A stretch of 54,792 bases of DNA, from contig JAUYBG010000011.1 in NCBI GenBank assembly GCA_030693205.1, positions 1 through 54,792 of the forward strand, given 5' to 3'. Shown here one piece after another: positions 54,169-54,792 of the stretch (its first letter is position 1; each line of letters begins with the position of its first letter). Under the pieces are notes generated by a model. The model did not search any database. It was given only the letters and a program-made list of their open reading frames with translations, and was not told where the DNA came from. This DNA is from a bacterium. GTDB lineage: Bacteria > Patescibacteriota > Minisyncoccia > JAHIHE01. The translations under genes were made by a program, and so were the position numbers.

Positions 54169-54792
54169 ATGGTAAAAGTTGAAAAAAAATTTATTGCCGC
54201 TTTTCCCGGAAGCTTCGACCCGTTCCACAACGGACATCTATCGACGATAATTTCTTTTCTTGAGCTTCACCCCGAATTTTTTCTCTATATTATCATCGGA
54301 CTCAATAAAGAGAAACAAAATACTTACGCCTTTTCTCCCGAAGAAAAAGCGTTTTTAGTCGAAAAAACCATTCCTGAAAAATATAAAAAAAGAATAAAAA
54401 TAGTCCTCTATTCCAGCATCATTGCCGACTATTTATACGAACAGAATATCCAAATGTTCGTCAAAGGAATACGTAATCATCAAGACTTCGAATTGGAATC
54501 ATGGACTGCCACAGTCAATTCTTTGTTCAGCGGAAACCCAAAAACCATTCTTATCGCTCAAACCGACCCCCAGCTTATAAATGTTTCTTCCGATAATTTA
54601 AAAAATTTTACAAAATGGGGGCTAAACGCGAAATATTTCGCTTCCGCCCTGACCAGAGAAGCTCTGCAATTGCGGCTGCGCGAACAATTATTAATAGGAA
54701 TAACCGGAGGAATGGGCACGGGAAAAACAACTATCGCTAAAAAAATCCAAGGGCTTTCAGAAAAAAACGATGATCCAAAAGCCATAAAAATA
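54169..54792 (+). CDS. coaD: Phosphopantetheine adenylyltransferase fused to dephospho-CoA kinase (CoaD-CoaE), 3' end beyond the window
   Basis: Absent from the ORF track because it has no stop in the window. FPGSFDPFHNGHL (HxGH nucleotidyltransferase motif), then after about 175 residues IGITGGMGTGKTT (CoaE P-loop), in the same open frame. Confidence 0.8.
   Translation, partial: MVKVEKKFIAAFPGSFDPFHNGHLSTIISFLELHPEFFLYIIIGLNKEKQNTYAFSPEEKAFLVEKTIPEKYKKRIKIVLYSSIIADYLYEQNIQMFVKGIRNHQDFELESWTATVNSLFSGNPKTILIAQTDPQLINVSSDNLKNFTKWGLNAKYFASALTREALQLRLREQLLIGITGGMGTGKTTIAKKIQGLSEKNDDPKAIKI

Overview
This is a 54.8-kb AT-rich bacterial chromosomal segment. Its style fits an uncultivated small-genome bacterium of the Patescibacteria/CPR type (inference): compact housekeeping genes mostly without Shine-Dalgarno sequences, giant secreted surface proteins, a four-helix-bundle IVS-type gene, hairpin mini-repeats, and many textbook TTGACA-17-TATAAT promoters.

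Recognisable core genes:
- Stress, repair and translation: groES-groEL, uvrA, trpS, ychF, RNase J, secG, tRNA-Leu(CAG), an RsuA/RluB-type pseudouridine synthase.
- Metabolism: cysK, a coaD-coaE fusion cut by the window end, and a sugar-nucleotide operon (split GlmU-like nucleotidyltransferase, PMM/PGM, IMPase).
- Transport and signalling: a gldA/F/G-like ABC export operon, a family-5 solute-binding protein, a P-type Ca-ATPase plus a half-size CaCA antiporter, and an orphan histidine kinase.

Two edge-truncated genes are missing from the ORF track and were found by hand translation: 1..1483 (-) and 54169..54792 (+).

Accessory content sits in two places.
1. An AT-rich island between groESL and uvrA (26.35-31.8 kb) carries a translationally coupled unknown two-gene module (soluble protein plus small membrane protein), vsr, a single ORF fusing a complete LexA repressor/S24 autoprotease to a C5 cytosine methyltransferase, a convergent candidate restriction endonuclease, a DCTPP1-like MazG pyrophosphatase, and a nucleotidyltransferase-fold gene with hairpin repeats inserted in frame.
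2. At 17.3-21.4 kb, three diverged, frame-preserving copies of the 3' end of a DUF2914-like gene form direct repeats that bracket two cargo modules.

The strongest candidate for something undescribed is the LexA-methyltransferase R-M/Vsr cassette with its neighbouring two-gene module.

Other observations include a frameshift in an A6 run, a 35-bp promoter duplication flanking the Ca2+ module, a 162-nt RNA candidate closed by a 20-bp helix upstream of ychF, a nearly leaderless 22-codon Cys-rich micro-ORF, and convergent heptamer arrays. All functional calls rest on motifs read by eye. No database search was possible.
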